Shown: positions 28,880 through 39,541, counted from the first letter of the stretch. The stretch: 64,000 nucleotides of DNA from an uncultured Verrucomicrobiae bacterium (GCA_963707025.1 CAVPOM010000004.1:352001-416000); one strand, 5' to 3'. Numbers and translations: made by a program. The notes: a model not told the origin generated them from the letters alone.

Positions 28880-29195
28880 AGAGACCTCTGCAAAACGCGC
28901 GTCCACGATTGTAGCGGCGGTCTGTGACCGCCGCACGCCAGGGGAAATAACGGCATGGCGGCGGTCACGGGCGCATCTTGACACTGCTACCAGCGGAGTG
29001 CGGCCGTCCCCGGCCGCAGCAAGCCCGGAATTCTTTTGGGTGCGCAGAAAGATCAGCGGCGCGACCAGTTTCCCACGCTGCTGCGCCCGAGGACGGGCGC
29101 ACTCCTGTAATATTCTTGCGCCGGACCGTCGTAGCAGTATCAAGGTGCGCCCGGCGGTCACAGACCGCCGCTACAGGCGTTTTGCGGAGGTCTCT
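28880..29195. mobile_element. Nested MITE/REP composite (four concentric inverted-repeat pairs)
   Basis: Outer 19-bp IRs; REP pair; inner 184-bp element with 22-bp IRs and 9-bp flanking direct repeats; innermost REP pair. Confidence 0.85.
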
Positions 29196-29279
29196 TCTAA
29201 TTTACCATTTCCGTTCGCCGCCCATTTTTTCACGATTCACTATTCCCAATTCACTCCTCACCCTGCTAACCTCCGCGCC

Positions 29280-30059
29280 ATGGAAATGCCGCCGCCGCCG
29301 CCGCCTGCGCCCGCCGCTCCGAGCCTGATCGAGGCGGCGGGCCTGACCAAGTTATACGGCGAGTTTCCCGCCGTGACCGATCTTTCCTTCTCCGTTCGCG
29401 CCGGGGAAGTGATCGGATTGGTCGGCCCCAATGGCGCGGGCAAAACCACCACCTTGCGCTGCCTCTCCGGCATCATCCCCCCGACGCGCGGCGCGGTGCA
29501 AATCTGCGGGCACAACATGGCGCGCGATCCCATTGCAGCCAAGCGCAGCCTGGCGTTCTTCGCCGATGAACCGCGCCTGTTTGATTACCTGACGGTGGCC
29601 CAGCATCTGACCTTCACCGCCCGCATTTACAACGTGGCCGATTACCAGCCCCTCGCCCGCCAGTTGCTGGAGGAATTGGAAATCGCCGCCCAGGCGGAAA
29701 AGCTGCCCGGCGAATTGTCGCGCGGCATGAAGCAAAAACTGGCCATCGCCTGCGGCTTCCTCCACGCCCCCCGCGCCATTTTCTTCGATGAACCCCTCAC
29801 CGGCCTGGACCCGCTCGGCATCCGCCGCATGAAGGACTCGATTCTGCAACGGGCCGCCGCCGGGGCCGCCATCCTGATCAGCTCCCATCTGCTCCATCTC
29901 CTGGAGGAGATTTGCTCGCACGTCCTCATTCTCAAGGACGGCCGAAAAATTATTGACGGAAGCATGGACGAAGTGCGCCGGCAGTTTTCCGAAGTCCCGG
30001 CCGGCGCCAACCTGGAGGAGATTTTCTTCCGGGCCACGGGCGAAAACAAAGGACCGTGA
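29280..30059 (+). CDS. ABC transporter ATP-binding protein
   Basis: GPNGAGKTT, LSRGMKQK, FFDEP, SSH. Confidence 0.95.
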   Translation: MEMPPPPPPAPAAPSLIEAAGLTKLYGEFPAVTDLSFSVRAGEVIGLVGPNGAGKTTTLRCLSGIIPPTRGAVQICGHNMARDPIAAKRSLAFFADEPRLFDYLTVAQHLTFTARIYNVADYQPLARQLLEELEIAAQAEKLPGELSRGMKQKLAIACGFLHAPRAIFFDEPLTGLDPLGIRRMKDSILQRAAAGAAILISSHLLHLLEEICSHVLILKDGRKIIDGSMDEVRRQFSEVPAGANLEEIFFRATGENKGP

Positions 30060-31813
30060 TGGGCGGCGCCTTGCTCTATTACGAATGGCATTCGCGCTGG
30101 AACCGGCTGCGCGCCCGCTTGCGCCGCTTGCGCCAGCCCAAGTACCTTTTTGGCGCGGCGGCCGGCGGGCTTTATCTTTACTGGTATGTCTTCGGCGCCT
30201 GGTTCCGCCGGGGCGCGGCGGGGGCGGTGCCGCCCATGTTCGCGCCGGAACACCGCGCCTTGCTGGCCTCGGCGGGGGCGCTGGTCCTGCTGGTCGTGCT
30301 CCTGCTCATGTGGATCATTCCCCACGAGCGGGCCGCCCTCATGTTCTCGGAAGCGGAGGTGGCTTTTCTTTTCCCGGCCCCCGTGCCGCGCCGCACCCTG
30401 ATTCATTTCAAACTGCTCAAATCCCAGGGCGCCATTTTGTTCAGCGCGCTTTTCATGCTGGTCATCGGGCGGTGGACCGGGGGAAATTATTTGTTTCATT
30501 TCATCGGCTGGTGGGCGCTGCTTTCCATCGTCAATCTGCATTTGCTGGCCAGTTCCTTCGCGCGGACCATGTTGCTGGAGCGGGGGATTTCCAACTGGCG
30601 GCGGCGCCTCCTGGTCCTGGGCGGCGCGGCCCTGGCCGTGACCGGAGTCATCCTGTGGGCGCGCCAGGCCCTGCCGCCGCCGCCCGATCTCTCCGGCGAT
30701 TTGAATTTGTCCGCCCTGGCCAAATACGCCGGGCAGATTCTGCAATCCGGACCGCTGCCCTGGTTGCTGGCGCCGTTCCGGTGGGCGGTGGCTCCGCTGT
30801 TGGCCGTGGACGCCAGGGAATTCTGCCTGGCCCTGGGCCCGGTGCTGGCCCTGATCGCCCTGCACTATGTGTGGGTCATCCGCGCCAATGTGGCCTTTGA
30901 AGAGGCCTCGGTTGAGTTGTCCCGCAAATTCGCCGAACGGGTGGCGGCGGTGCGTTCCGGCAATTGGCAGGCCATGCACAAGCCCAGGAAGGGCAAGCGG
31001 CCTCCCTTCGATTTGCGGCCCCAAGGATGGCCGGCCGCCGCCATTTTTTGGAAAAACCTCATCAGCGCCGGCCACTTTTTCACCGGCCGCGCCTGGTTTT
31101 TTCTGATTTGGATCACCATCGTCGCCGGCCTGATCCTGCGGTCTGGCGGAGGCCACGCGGCCCGGGGCGTGGCCCTGTCCATCCTGGCCTTTTCGCTCGC
31201 CATGATGTCCCTGCTCTACGGGCCGCAAATTCTGCGCCACGATTTCCGGCAGGATTTGCGCGTGGCCGACATGCTGAAATTGTATCCCATGTCCGGCTGG
31301 CAGATGGTGCTGGGGGAGATCCTGGCCCCCGCCGCCATTCTGGCCGCGGCGCAATGGCTGCTCGTGCTGCTGGCCTTCCTGTTTTGTCCGGCCAACGTGG
31401 GCGGCGCGCCGGCCCCGGCGGCCCTGCGCATCACGGCGGCCCTGGCCGCCGCCCTGGTGCTGCCGTGCGTGGATTTCATCGCCCTGCTCCTGCCCAACGC
31501 CGCCGCCCTGATCTTTCCGGCCTGGGTGCAACTGGGCAAGGACACCCCGCGCGGCTTTGAAACGATGGGACAGCAGTTGATCCTGATCTTCGGCCAGATT
31601 ATAGTATTGACTCTGAGCATGCTCCCGGCCGGGGTGGCCGGCGCGGTCGCCTGGCTCGTCGCCTGGTGGCTGTTCGGCAAGGTGACGGCGGTGGCCCTGG
31701 CCTCGGCGGCGCTGGCGGCCGCGGCGGTCCTGGCCGCCGAAGCCGCCCTGGGCGTGCATCTGCTGGGCAAAGCCTTTGACCGTTTCGACTGGAGCGAAGG
31801 ATCGGTCGAGTGA
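30056..31813 (+). CDS. Putative ABC exporter permease
   Basis: Multi-TM; FSEAEVAFLFPAP; overlaps the ATPase stop. Confidence 0.85.
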   Translation: MMGGALLYYEWHSRWNRLRARLRRLRQPKYLFGAAAGGLYLYWYVFGAWFRRGAAGAVPPMFAPEHRALLASAGALVLLVVLLLMWIIPHERAALMFSEAEVAFLFPAPVPRRTLIHFKLLKSQGAILFSALFMLVIGRWTGGNYLFHFIGWWALLSIVNLHLLASSFARTMLLERGISNWRRRLLVLGGAALAVTGVILWARQALPPPPDLSGDLNLSALAKYAGQILQSGPLPWLLAPFRWAVAPLLAVDAREFCLALGPVLALIALHYVWVIRANVAFEEASVELSRKFAERVAAVRSGNWQAMHKPRKGKRPPFDLRPQGWPAAAIFWKNLISAGHFFTGRAWFFLIWITIVAGLILRSGGGHAARGVALSILAFSLAMMSLLYGPQILRHDFRQDLRVADMLKLYPMSGWQMVLGEILAPAAILAAAQWLLVLLAFLFCPANVGGAPAPAALRITAALAAALVLPCVDFIALLLPNAAALIFPAWVQLGKDTPRGFETMGQQLILIFGQIIVLTLSMLPAGVAGAVAWLVAWWLFGKVTAVALASAALAAAAVLAAEAALGVHLLGKAFDRFDWSEGSVE

Positions 31814-31824
31814 GCGCCGCCGCT

Positions 31825-32988
31825 TTACACGCTGCGCAATCGCCCGCCGGACAGGATGCGGTAGCGCTGGCCGCGCCACTGAATGCGGTTGCCGGTGAAG
31901 GCCGCCACCCAGACCGCCATGTTCAGCAAATCCTTCACCGGCACCATCCAGAAATAGCCATAATGCGAGCGCCCGCCGGTCAAGCGCCGCTCTTGCGCGA
32001 GGGCCGTGGCGATGCGAAACAGGAAAAAGAACAGGCAGACCGGGAGGACGGGGAGGGCGGCGGCGGCCCACCAGGGCAGGCTGGCGGCCAGCCAGAGGAG
32101 CGGCCAAAAGGTCGCGTTGTCAAGACTGCTGAAAAAAAACAGGAGCGGCCGGCAGGCGCGGATGGTGCGCGCCCAGCGCACTTGATGGGCCCAGGCCTGC
32201 GCCCAGTTCCGCGGGGTTTCGTGGCAATCCACCACCACCGTGGAAAAAACGATCCGCCGGCCCAGGCGCGCCATCTGCCGGCCCATCTGGAAATCGTCGG
32301 CCAGATAATCCGCCAGCACGGCAAAGCCGCCCATTTCGCCCAGTTGCGCCGCGCGCAGGGCCATGACCGCGCCGAGCGCAAAATCCACTTTCTGCAAAGT
32401 TTGGGCCTGGGCCACCGCGCTCCAAAAATCGGCGTTGATGGCGATGGCTTCCCAGCGCATGGCCAGGCCGCCGGGATTGCTCAGCCGGTAGAGGCAGTTG
32501 ACCAGTCCAATTTCCGGGTCGGCCAAGGGCGGGGTCAGGCTGGCCAGAAAATCCCCCGGCACCCGCACGTCCTCATCACTGATGATGACCAGCGGATGGC
32601 GGATCAGCGGCTCCAACTGGCGCAAGGTGGAGATTTTTCCGTTGACGCCCAGAGGCGCGGGGCAGACGACCAACTGCGCGTCCGCCTGCGGAAATTCGGC
32701 CAGCAACTCGCCCACCAGCGGGCAGACCGGATCCCCGGCGGAAGCGACGCCGAACAAAATCTGGGCCGGGCCGGGATAATTTTGCCCCAGCCAACTGCGC
32801 AGGCAGGATTTGGTTTCCGCATCGCAACCCTTGAGCGGCTTGAGCACGGTGCAGCCGGGCAGGGCCGGGCGCGCGGCGGCGCGGTCATGCAAAGGAAAGC
32901 GCGCCGCGGCCACCCAGCGCCACAAGGTCAGCCCAAAACTCAAAAAGGCGGCGCTGGCCAGAATGGGCAAGACAAAATGAAAGTTCAA
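31825..32988 (-). CDS. Glycosyltransferase family 21 (ceramide glucosyltransferase/HpnI-like)
   Basis: LKPLKG, GVNGKISTL, ISDEDV, LADDF, HQVRWARTIR; TTG start. Confidence 0.88.
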   Translation of the reverse strand: MNFHFVLPILASAAFLSFGLTLWRWVAAARFPLHDRAAARPALPGCTVLKPLKGCDAETKSCLRSWLGQNYPGPAQILFGVASAGDPVCPLVGELLAEFPQADAQLVVCPAPLGVNGKISTLRQLEPLIRHPLVIISDEDVRVPGDFLASLTPPLADPEIGLVNCLYRLSNPGGLAMRWEAIAINADFWSAVAQAQTLQKVDFALGAVMALRAAQLGEMGGFAVLADYLADDFQMGRQMARLGRRIVFSTVVVDCHETPRNWAQAWAHQVRWARTIRACRPLLFFFSSLDNATFWPLLWLAASLPWWAAAALPVLPVCLFFFLFRIATALAQERRLTGGRSHYGYFWMVPVKDLLNMAVWVAAFTGNRIQWRGQRYRILSGGRLRSV

Positions 32989-33008
32989 AGTTGATGCTTC
33001 CGGGCCGG

Positions 33009-34226
33009 TTACAGCTCGTCCACCGAAATGACCCGCTGGATTTCTTCCAGCGTGGTGGCGCCGGAGATGGCGCGCCGCAGCCCCCGCTGCCACATGGTTT
33101 GCATCCCTTGGCTGATGGCCACATCCTGCAAGGCCCGCGTCGGCCGCTTGTCCATCACCGCATCGCGGAACAGTTGATCCACCTTGAGCAGTTCGTTGAC
33201 GGAAGTGCGCCCGGCAAAACCGGTGTTGAGGCATTGATCGCAGCCCGCCCCGCGCCGGAATTGCGCGTTTTCACGGTCGGCCAGCGGCACGTTCTTCAGG
33301 ACATGCGGCTCCGGTTCGTAGGGCTGGGCGCAATACGGGCAGTTTTTGCGGATCAACCGCACGCCCAGGACCCCGGTCACGCTGGAGGAGAGCAGAAACG
33401 GCTCGATGTTCATATTGATCAAGCGCGCGAATACCCCCGCCGTGCTCCCGCTGTGGATGGTGCTGATGACCAGATGGCCGGTCAGCCCCGCCTGCACCGC
33501 GATGTTGGCCGTTTCCGGGTCGCGGATTTCCCCAACCATGATGACCTGCGGGTCCTGGCGCATGAGCGAGCGCAAGGCCCGGGGATAAGTAAATTCCTGC
33601 GCCAGATTCACCTGCGCCTGCGCGATCATCGGCAGGCTGAATTCCACCGGGTCTTCCACCGTGGCGATGCTGATGGACGGCCCGTGCTTCTGCACCAGCA
33701 TGTACAAGGCCGAGTAGATGGCCGTCGTCTTGCCCGAACCCGTCGGCCCGGTCAGCAGAATCAAACCGTTGGGTTTGAGGACCAGCTTGACAAACTCGCT
33801 CAAGATATCCTCTTCAAAGCCGAGCGTCGCCAGGTCGAAACTCCGGTTGCTCGGATCAAAGATGCGCACGACGATCTTTTCCCCGCGCGTCGTTGGAAAA
33901 ATGGAGATGCGTTGTTCCACCCCGCCCAACTCCGGGTCCGCCGGGGCGTGGCCTTCCTGCGGCAGGCCGGTTTGGTAAGTCACCAGGTTGCCCAGCACCT
34001 TGAACCGGCCGGAGATTTTGTCCATCAACTCCAGCGGCAGATGGACCAACTCGGTCAGCACCCCGTTGAGGCGGATGCGCACCGCCAGGGTGCTCTCCCA
34101 CGGCTCGATATGCACGTCGCTGGCCCCGGCGTTGACCGCGTCGAGCAGGATGTACTTGACCAGAGTCCCGATTTCAATGTTGGTTTCGGCGGATTCCGAT
34201 TGCAAATAGCGCAGCGTTTCGCTCAC
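33009..34226 (-). CDS. GspE/PilB family secretion ATPase
   Basis: ASDVHIEP, GPTGSGKTT, VEDPVE, RQDPQVIMVGEIRD, tetracysteine motif. Confidence 0.93.
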   Translation of the reverse strand: MSETLRYLQSESAETNIEIGTLVKYILLDAVNAGASDVHIEPWESTLAVRIRLNGVLTELVHLPLELMDKISGRFKVLGNLVTYQTGLPQEGHAPADPELGGVEQRISIFPTTRGEKIVVRIFDPSNRSFDLATLGFEEDILSEFVKLVLKPNGLILLTGPTGSGKTTAIYSALYMLVQKHGPSISIATVEDPVEFSLPMIAQAQVNLAQEFTYPRALRSLMRQDPQVIMVGEIRDPETANIAVQAGLTGHLVISTIHSGSTAGVFARLINMNIEPFLLSSSVTGVLGVRLIRKNCPYCAQPYEPEPHVLKNVPLADRENAQFRRGAGCDQCLNTGFAGRTSVNELLKVDQLFRDAVMDKRPTRALQDVAISQGMQTMWQRGLRRAISGATTLEEIQRVISVDEL

Positions 34227-34367
34227 AGGCGGCCTGGGTTCAATCAGCGTTTTTTCAAGATTTAAGCCCTTTCGCGCCGGATGTCAGCAACATTTCGCAG
34301 TCTTCTGATGTGTAGTCGTGTCGAGCCGGTGGCCCGACTTCGGCGCACCGCGCCGGCTCGGCAACTT

Positions 34368-35207
34368 TCAAATCACGACCCTGGCCACCTTCGCGCGGGA
34401 ATCCTCCTTTTGACACTTTGGACACCAGCAGGTGGTGCGGCCGCCGATGGTGGCCTGACGGAGCGGGGCGCCGTCCTTGGGACAGCCTCCGCCCCGTTTC
34501 CAGCGGCGGTCGAAGAGCCAGGCGCGCGGCAGGTCGCCGTAATCCATCCCCACCGTGCGCAGGGCGGTGCGGCAAACGGATTTGACGGTGCGATGGAGTT
34601 TTCTGCTTTCCGCGCGGCGCAGCTTGCCCGCGGGGCGGAGCGGGTGAAGGCCCGCCTGCCAGAGGATTTCGTCGGCCATCCAGTTGCCAATGCCGGGAAA
34701 ACCAGCCTGCAACAGCAACACCGCCTTGAGCGGGGCGGCGCGGTGGCGGCGGAGGAATCTTTCCATGACGGGTAGTGAAAACCCGCCGGTCAGCAGGGCG
34801 GGGGGCAGCCGCCGCCACCACGGCGGCGCGGCGGCCCCGCGGTGAAGCCGCACCCGGCCAAATTGGCGCGGATCGCTGAAAACCAGACTCTGTTGGGCGA
34901 GGCGCAAGACCAGGTGGTCGTGCCGGCCGGGAGAAAATGGGGCGGGGCGGGAAGGGACGGCCTGGAGTTCGCCCGTCATGCCGAGGTGAATTCCCACCCA
35001 GGTCTTTTTGGAAAAGCGGAAGAGCATTTGTTTGCCGTGCGCTTGCGATGCCACCAGGCGGGCGCCGGTCAGTGCCCGGCGGAGGGCCGCCGGGTTGATC
35101 CCGCGAAATATTCTTTTCCCGGCATGAAGATGGACGGCCACGATTGTTTGCTTTCGTCCCGCGTCCCATTGTTTGCGGTAGTATTCAACTTCGGCCAGTT
35201 CGGGCAT
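34368..35207 (-). CDS. mutM: Fpg/Nei family DNA glycosylase
   Basis: MPELAEVE, HLGMTG, GIGNWMADE, C-terminal zinc finger. Confidence 0.9.
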   Translation of the reverse strand: MPELAEVEYYRKQWDAGRKQTIVAVHLHAGKRIFRGINPAALRRALTGARLVASQAHGKQMLFRFSKKTWVGIHLGMTGELQAVPSRPAPFSPGRHDHLVLRLAQQSLVFSDPRQFGRVRLHRGAAAPPWWRRLPPALLTGGFSLPVMERFLRRHRAAPLKAVLLLQAGFPGIGNWMADEILWQAGLHPLRPAGKLRRAESRKLHRTVKSVCRTALRTVGMDYGDLPRAWLFDRRWKRGGGCPKDGAPLRQATIGGRTTCWCPKCQKEDSRAKVARVVI

Positions 35208-35309
35208 CCCGCAAGCCTAATTCCCCGCGCCGCATCTGGCAACCCCGACCGCCTTTTCCGCCTCCTTTTCCATTTCGCATTTTGCCTTTTGCGTTTATCA
35301 TTCTTGCTC

Positions 35310-35996
35310 ATGGTCACAGATCAGGCACAGCGCCATTACCTCGGCGAGGCCGGCCACCGCTACCACCGGGACAAGCGCGCCATCCCGGAGCGGGCCATTC
35401 CCTGGGTGGCCCGGTTGCGCGCCGAAAAACTGGCCGCGCATCTCCGCCCGTCCGACGTGGTTTTGGAATACGGCGCCGGTTTGGGCTGGAATCTGGCGCG
35501 CCTGCAATGTCGGCGCAAGCTGGCCTTCGATCTGGCTGATTTTCTCGCCCCCTCCATCCGCGCCGCGGGCGTCGAGTTTGTCCCCGACACAACCTCCCTG
35601 CCCGGCGCCACGGTGGACGCCGTCCTTTGCCATCACGCTCTGGAGCATGTCATGCAGCCGGCGGCGGCGTTGCAGGAAATCGCGCGGCTGTTGCGGACGG
35701 ACGGAAAACTGCTGCTGTTCGCGCCCTTTGAGCGGGAAAGGAAGTACCGGCGGTTTGACCCGGTCGAACCCAATCATCATCTCTATTCCTGGAACGTGCA
35801 GACCCTGGGCAATCTGGTGGAGGAATCGGGCTTCCGCGTCACCGCCGCCGCGACCGGGCCATTCGGCTACGACCGTTTTGCGGCGGTCTGGGCGGAAAAG
35901 CTGCGCCTGGGCGAGGGCGGCTTTCGCGCCTTGCGCCGGCTCCTCCTTGTGCTCAAACCGGCGCGGGAAGTCCGCCTCGTGGCAGCGCGCCCATGA
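35310..35996 (+). CDS. Class I SAM-dependent methyltransferase
   Basis: VLEYGAGLG; HHALEHV. Confidence 0.85.
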   Translation: MVTDQAQRHYLGEAGHRYHRDKRAIPERAIPWVARLRAEKLAAHLRPSDVVLEYGAGLGWNLARLQCRRKLAFDLADFLAPSIRAAGVEFVPDTTSLPGATVDAVLCHHALEHVMQPAAALQEIARLLRTDGKLLLFAPFERERKYRRFDPVEPNHHLYSWNVQTLGNLVEESGFRVTAAATGPFGYDRFAAVWAEKLRLGEGGFRALRRLLLVLKPAREVRLVAARP

Positions 35997-36009
35997 ACGG
36001 AATTATCCA

Positions 36010-36423
36010 ATGAATTACTGGCTGCTGAAACAGGAACCGGAGTCCTATGCCTGGGCCAACTTTGTCAAGGAGGGCAAAACCTCCTGGACGGGCGTGCGCA
36101 ATTTCCAGGCGCGCAATAATCTGCGGGCCATGCGGCAGGGCGATCTGGCCTGCTTTTACCAGAGCGGGAGCGGCAAACAAATTGTCGGCCTGGCGCGCGT
36201 GGCCAGGGAGGCTTTGCCCGATCCGACCGCGAGGGAAGGAGACTGGGTTTGCGTCGAGCTTGTCCCGGTCAAGCCGCTGGCCAAACCCGTCGCCTTGGCC
36301 GCGATCAAAGCCGACCGCATTCTAAATGGCATGGCCCTGGTCCGCAATTCGCGCCTTTCCGTCTCGCCCGTGACGGCCGTCCAATTTCACCGCCTGCTGG
36401 AACTGGCCGCGACGAAGTTGTAA
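36010..36423 (+). CDS. EVE domain protein
   Basis: MNYWLLKQEP, WTGVRNFQARN, SRLSVSPV. Confidence 0.93.
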   Translation: MNYWLLKQEPESYAWANFVKEGKTSWTGVRNFQARNNLRAMRQGDLACFYQSGSGKQIVGLARVAREALPDPTAREGDWVCVELVPVKPLAKPVALAAIKADRILNGMALVRNSRLSVSPVTAVQFHRLLELAATKL

Positions 36424-36547
36424 AATGCCGGTCGTATCGGCGCGGTGCGCCGATGTCGGGCCATAGGCTCGACGCGACAAAGCAGGACACAACCCGCCTC
36501 GCTTGCCGCTTGCCGCCGCGCGGGCGGTTGTGCTTTAATCCGCCGTC

Positions 36548-37165
36548 ATGGACGTAAAAGTTAAAATCTGCGGCCTGACCAACGTGGAAGACGCCCTGGC
36601 CGCCGTCGCGGCCGGCGCCGATCTGCTCGGCTTCGTGCTTTGGGAAAAAAGCCCGCGCTGTGTCCCTGTCGAAACGGCGCGGGCCATCGCCCGGCAGTTG
36701 CCCCCCGCCACCACCCGCGTCGGCGTGTTCGTGGACGCGACGGTGGAGCAGGTCATGTTCTCGCTGCGCATTTGCGATTTCTTCGCCCTGCAATTCCACG
36801 GTCAGGAATCCCCGGCCTATTGCCGGCAGTTCGGCGTCATGACCATCAAAGCCTTTCGCCTCCGCGACGCCGCCTCCTTGCAGGCCATGTCCGGCTACAG
36901 CACCAACGCCTTTCTGCTCGACAGCCAGGTGGAGGGGCTGCCGGGCGGGACCGGGGCAACCTTCGACTGGTCCCTGGCCGTGCAGGCCAAAAAGTTTAAC
37001 CGGCCCATCTTCCTGGCCGGCGGCCTGACGCCGCAAAACGTTGCCGCCGCCGTGCGCGCCGCCCAGCCCTTTGCGGTGGATGTCTCCAGCGGGGTCGAAG
37101 CCTCGCCCGGAAAAAAGGACCACCATAAGATGCGGGACTTTGTCGCGGCTGTGCGCGCCGCCTGA
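36548..37165 (+). CDS. trpF: Phosphoribosylanthranilate isomerase
   Basis: VKICGLT, GGTGATFDW, LAGGL, DVSSGVE. Confidence 0.96.
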   Translation: MDVKVKICGLTNVEDALAAVAAGADLLGFVLWEKSPRCVPVETARAIARQLPPATTRVGVFVDATVEQVMFSLRICDFFALQFHGQESPAYCRQFGVMTIKAFRLRDAASLQAMSGYSTNAFLLDSQVEGLPGGTGATFDWSLAVQAKKFNRPIFLAGGLTPQNVAAAVRAAQPFAVDVSSGVEASPGKKDHHKMRDFVAAVRAA

Positions 37166-37170
37166 GGCCA

Positions 37171-37794
37171 ATGCCAGAGGACAAATGCCAATTGCCGCAC
37201 GACGGGCTGGCCCGCTGCCCCTGGCCGGTGGATGCTCTTTATCGGGCCTATCATGACGCGGAGTGGGGCGTGCCGGTGCATCAGGACCGGAAGTTGTTTG
37301 AATTTCTCCTGCTGGAGGGGGCCCAGGCCGGACTGAGCTGGCATCTTATTTTGAAAAAACGGGAGAATTATCGCGCGGCTTTTGACCAGTTCGACCCGGC
37401 CCGGGTGGCGCGTTACAGCGCCTCGAAAATCGCCAGACTGCTGCGCGATCCCGGCATTGTGCGCAACCGCCTCAAGATCGCCGCCGCCGTGCAAAACGCC
37501 CGGTCCTTCCTGGCGGTGCAGGAGGAATTTGGCAGCTTCGACCACTACATCTGGCGTTTTGTCGAGGGGCGGCCGATTGTCAATCATTGGCGCCGCATGA
37601 AGGAGGTTCCCGCCCGCACCCCCGCCTCCGACGCCCTGAGCCGGGATTTGAAAGTGCGCGGTTTTAAATTTGTCGGCTCCACAATATGTTACGCCCACAT
37701 GCAGGCCACCGGCATGGTCAACGATCATCTCACCGGCTGCTTCCGCCATAAAGAATTGCGGACGCGGCCGGTTTGCGCGAAAATTCCGGCATGA
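37171..37794 (+). CDS. tag: DNA-3-methyladenine glycosylase I
   Basis: [23 protein letters not shown]. Confidence 0.96.
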   Translation: MPEDKCQLPHDGLARCPWPVDALYRAYHDAEWGVPVHQDRKLFEFLLLEGAQAGLSWHLILKKRENYRAAFDQFDPARVARYSASKIARLLRDPGIVRNRLKIAAAVQNARSFLAVQEEFGSFDHYIWRFVEGRPIVNHWRRMKEVPARTPASDALSRDLKVRGFKFVGSTICYAHMQATGMVNDHLTGCFRHKELRTRPVCAKIPA

Positions 37795-38993
37795 GTGTTG
37801 TCGCGGAAAAGAACCTGCCCGATGCCCGAGGCCGTTTCGGCCAGTACGGCGGCCGTTATGTGCCGGAGACTTTGATGTATCCGCTGCAACAACTGGAGGA
37901 GGAGTATTTTCGCGCCCAACGCGACCCGGCATTCCAAACGGAACTCAATTATTATTTGCGCCAGTTCTGCGGACGGCCCACCCCGCTTTATTTTGCCGAA
38001 CGGCTCACCCGCCAACTGGGCGGCGCGAAGATTTATCTCAAGCGCGAGGACCTGCTCCACACCGGCGCGCACAAAATCAACAATGCCATCGGCCAGGTCC
38101 TGCTCGCCCGGCGCATGGGCAAGACGCGCGTCATCGCGGAAACGGGCGCGGGCCAGCACGGCGTCGCCACCGCCACGGTCGCGGCCATGTTCGGCTTGCA
38201 ATGCGTCGTTTACATGGGGGAAGTGGACTGCGAACGCCAGGCCTTGAATGTCTTTCGCATGAAAATGCTGGGGGCGGAGGTCGTCCCGGTCACGGCGGGC
38301 CAGAAGACTTTGAAGGAGGCCGTCAATGAAGCGATGCGCGACTGGGTCACCAACGTCCGCCACACTCATTACATTCTCGGCACCGTCTATGGCGCGCACC
38401 CCTATCCGTTGATGGTGCGCAATTTTCAGCGCGTCATCGGCGACGAGGCGCGCCGGCAAATCCTCGAACAAGAGGAGCGCCTGCCTGATTTGCTGGTGGC
38501 GTGCGTGGGCGGCGGCTCCAATGCCATCGGCCTTTTTTATCCCTTCCTGGAGGATGCCGGGGTGCAAATGCTCGGCATCGAGGCGGGCGGGGAGGGGATC
38601 CTTCCCGGGAAACACGCCGCGCGATTTCAAGGCGGCTCGCTGGGCGTTTTGCAAGGGACGCGCTCCTACATTTTGCAGGATGAAAATGGCCAGGTGCAAT
38701 TGACCCACAGCGTTTCGGCCGGGCTGGATTACGCGGCGGTCGGGCCGGAGCACGCCTGGCTGCGCGAGCAAGGGCGGGTGGAATACGGCTTCGCCACCGA
38801 TCCGCAGGCGCTGGAGGCCTTCCTCCGCCTGGCCCGCCTGGAGGGGATCATCCCCGCCCTGGAATCGGCCCACGCCGTCGCCGCCGTCATCGAGCGCGCC
38901 CCGAAAATGGCGCAGGAGCAGTTGATCATCGTGAACCTTTCCGGCCGCGGCGACAAGGACGTGGCCCAAGTCGTCAACAAGATTAAACTTTAA
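37791..38993 (+). CDS. trpB: Tryptophan synthase beta subunit
   Basis: [29 protein letters not shown]. Confidence 0.98.
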   Translation: MSVVAEKNLPDARGRFGQYGGRYVPETLMYPLQQLEEEYFRAQRDPAFQTELNYYLRQFCGRPTPLYFAERLTRQLGGAKIYLKREDLLHTGAHKINNAIGQVLLARRMGKTRVIAETGAGQHGVATATVAAMFGLQCVVYMGEVDCERQALNVFRMKMLGAEVVPVTAGQKTLKEAVNEAMRDWVTNVRHTHYILGTVYGAHPYPLMVRNFQRVIGDEARRQILEQEERLPDLLVACVGGGSNAIGLFYPFLEDAGVQMLGIEAGGEGILPGKHAARFQGGSLGVLQGTRSYILQDENGQVQLTHSVSAGLDYAAVGPEHAWLREQGRVEYGFATDPQALEAFLRLARLEGIIPALESAHAVAAVIERAPKMAQEQLIIVNLSGRGDKDVAQVVNKIKL

Positions 38994-39030
38994 GGCCGAA
39001 GCGTGGATGTTAGACCGGGCTATCCTTTAC

Positions 39031-39112
39031 GGTAGGGCGAGACTCCGTCGAGCCGAAACTCGATTTCTCGGGAAAAAGAAGAGGACACGGCTCGCCTGAG
39101 TCTCGCCCTCCC
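39031..39112. repeat. REP inverted pair between convergent trpB and rnpB (possible terminator role)
   Basis: GTAGGGCGAGACTC...GAGCCG / CGGCTC...GAGTCTCGCCCT. Confidence 0.75.
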
Positions 39113-39123
39113 GGGGAAAGAAT

Positions 39124-39536
39124 TGATTTTGGAAGGGCTGTAAGCCGAATTTTGTCTGCCCCGAAAAACGGGGGAGAGAATCATTTGTCTCAGCAGCCGA
39201 TACCCGAAACCTGTCCCGCCGTGGCGGAACGTGGAGCGGGCCGCTCCGGGGTTTCCTATTTGGCCTTGCACCCGATGGGGTTTTCCGTGCCCTGCCGGTT
39301 GCCCGGCAGGCGGTAAGCTCTTACCTCACCTTTTCACCCTTGCCCCGCTCTTGCGAGCGGGGCGGTTTGCTTTTCTGTGGCACTGTCCGTCGAAATGCCT
39401 TGAAACATTCCGCCCGCGTCTATCCGGCCGCCGCTGCGCGGCGGGGTTACGCGGCATCGCGCCCTCTGGTGTTCGGACTTTCCTCCCCCGTCCCGCTTGC
39501 ACGGGGCGGAAGCGATTCTCCGCCCTTCCAAAATCA
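39124..39536 (-). ncRNA. rnpB: RNase P RNA
   Basis: Minus strand GAGGAAAGTCCG near the 5' end and ACAAAATTCGGCTTA near the 3' end; 15-bp P1 helix TGATTTTGGAAGGGC/GCCCTTCCAAAATCA. Confidence 0.96.
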
Positions 39537-39541
39537 CCGCT

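Noticed and set aside
28857..29279. N-terminal extension of the ABC ATPase ORF
   Set aside because: Open frame through the nested repeat element; ATG 29280 fits the domain start
29642..32107. 821-aa minus-strand ORF
   Set aside because: Antisense shadow of the ABC genes caused by GC-rich codon bias
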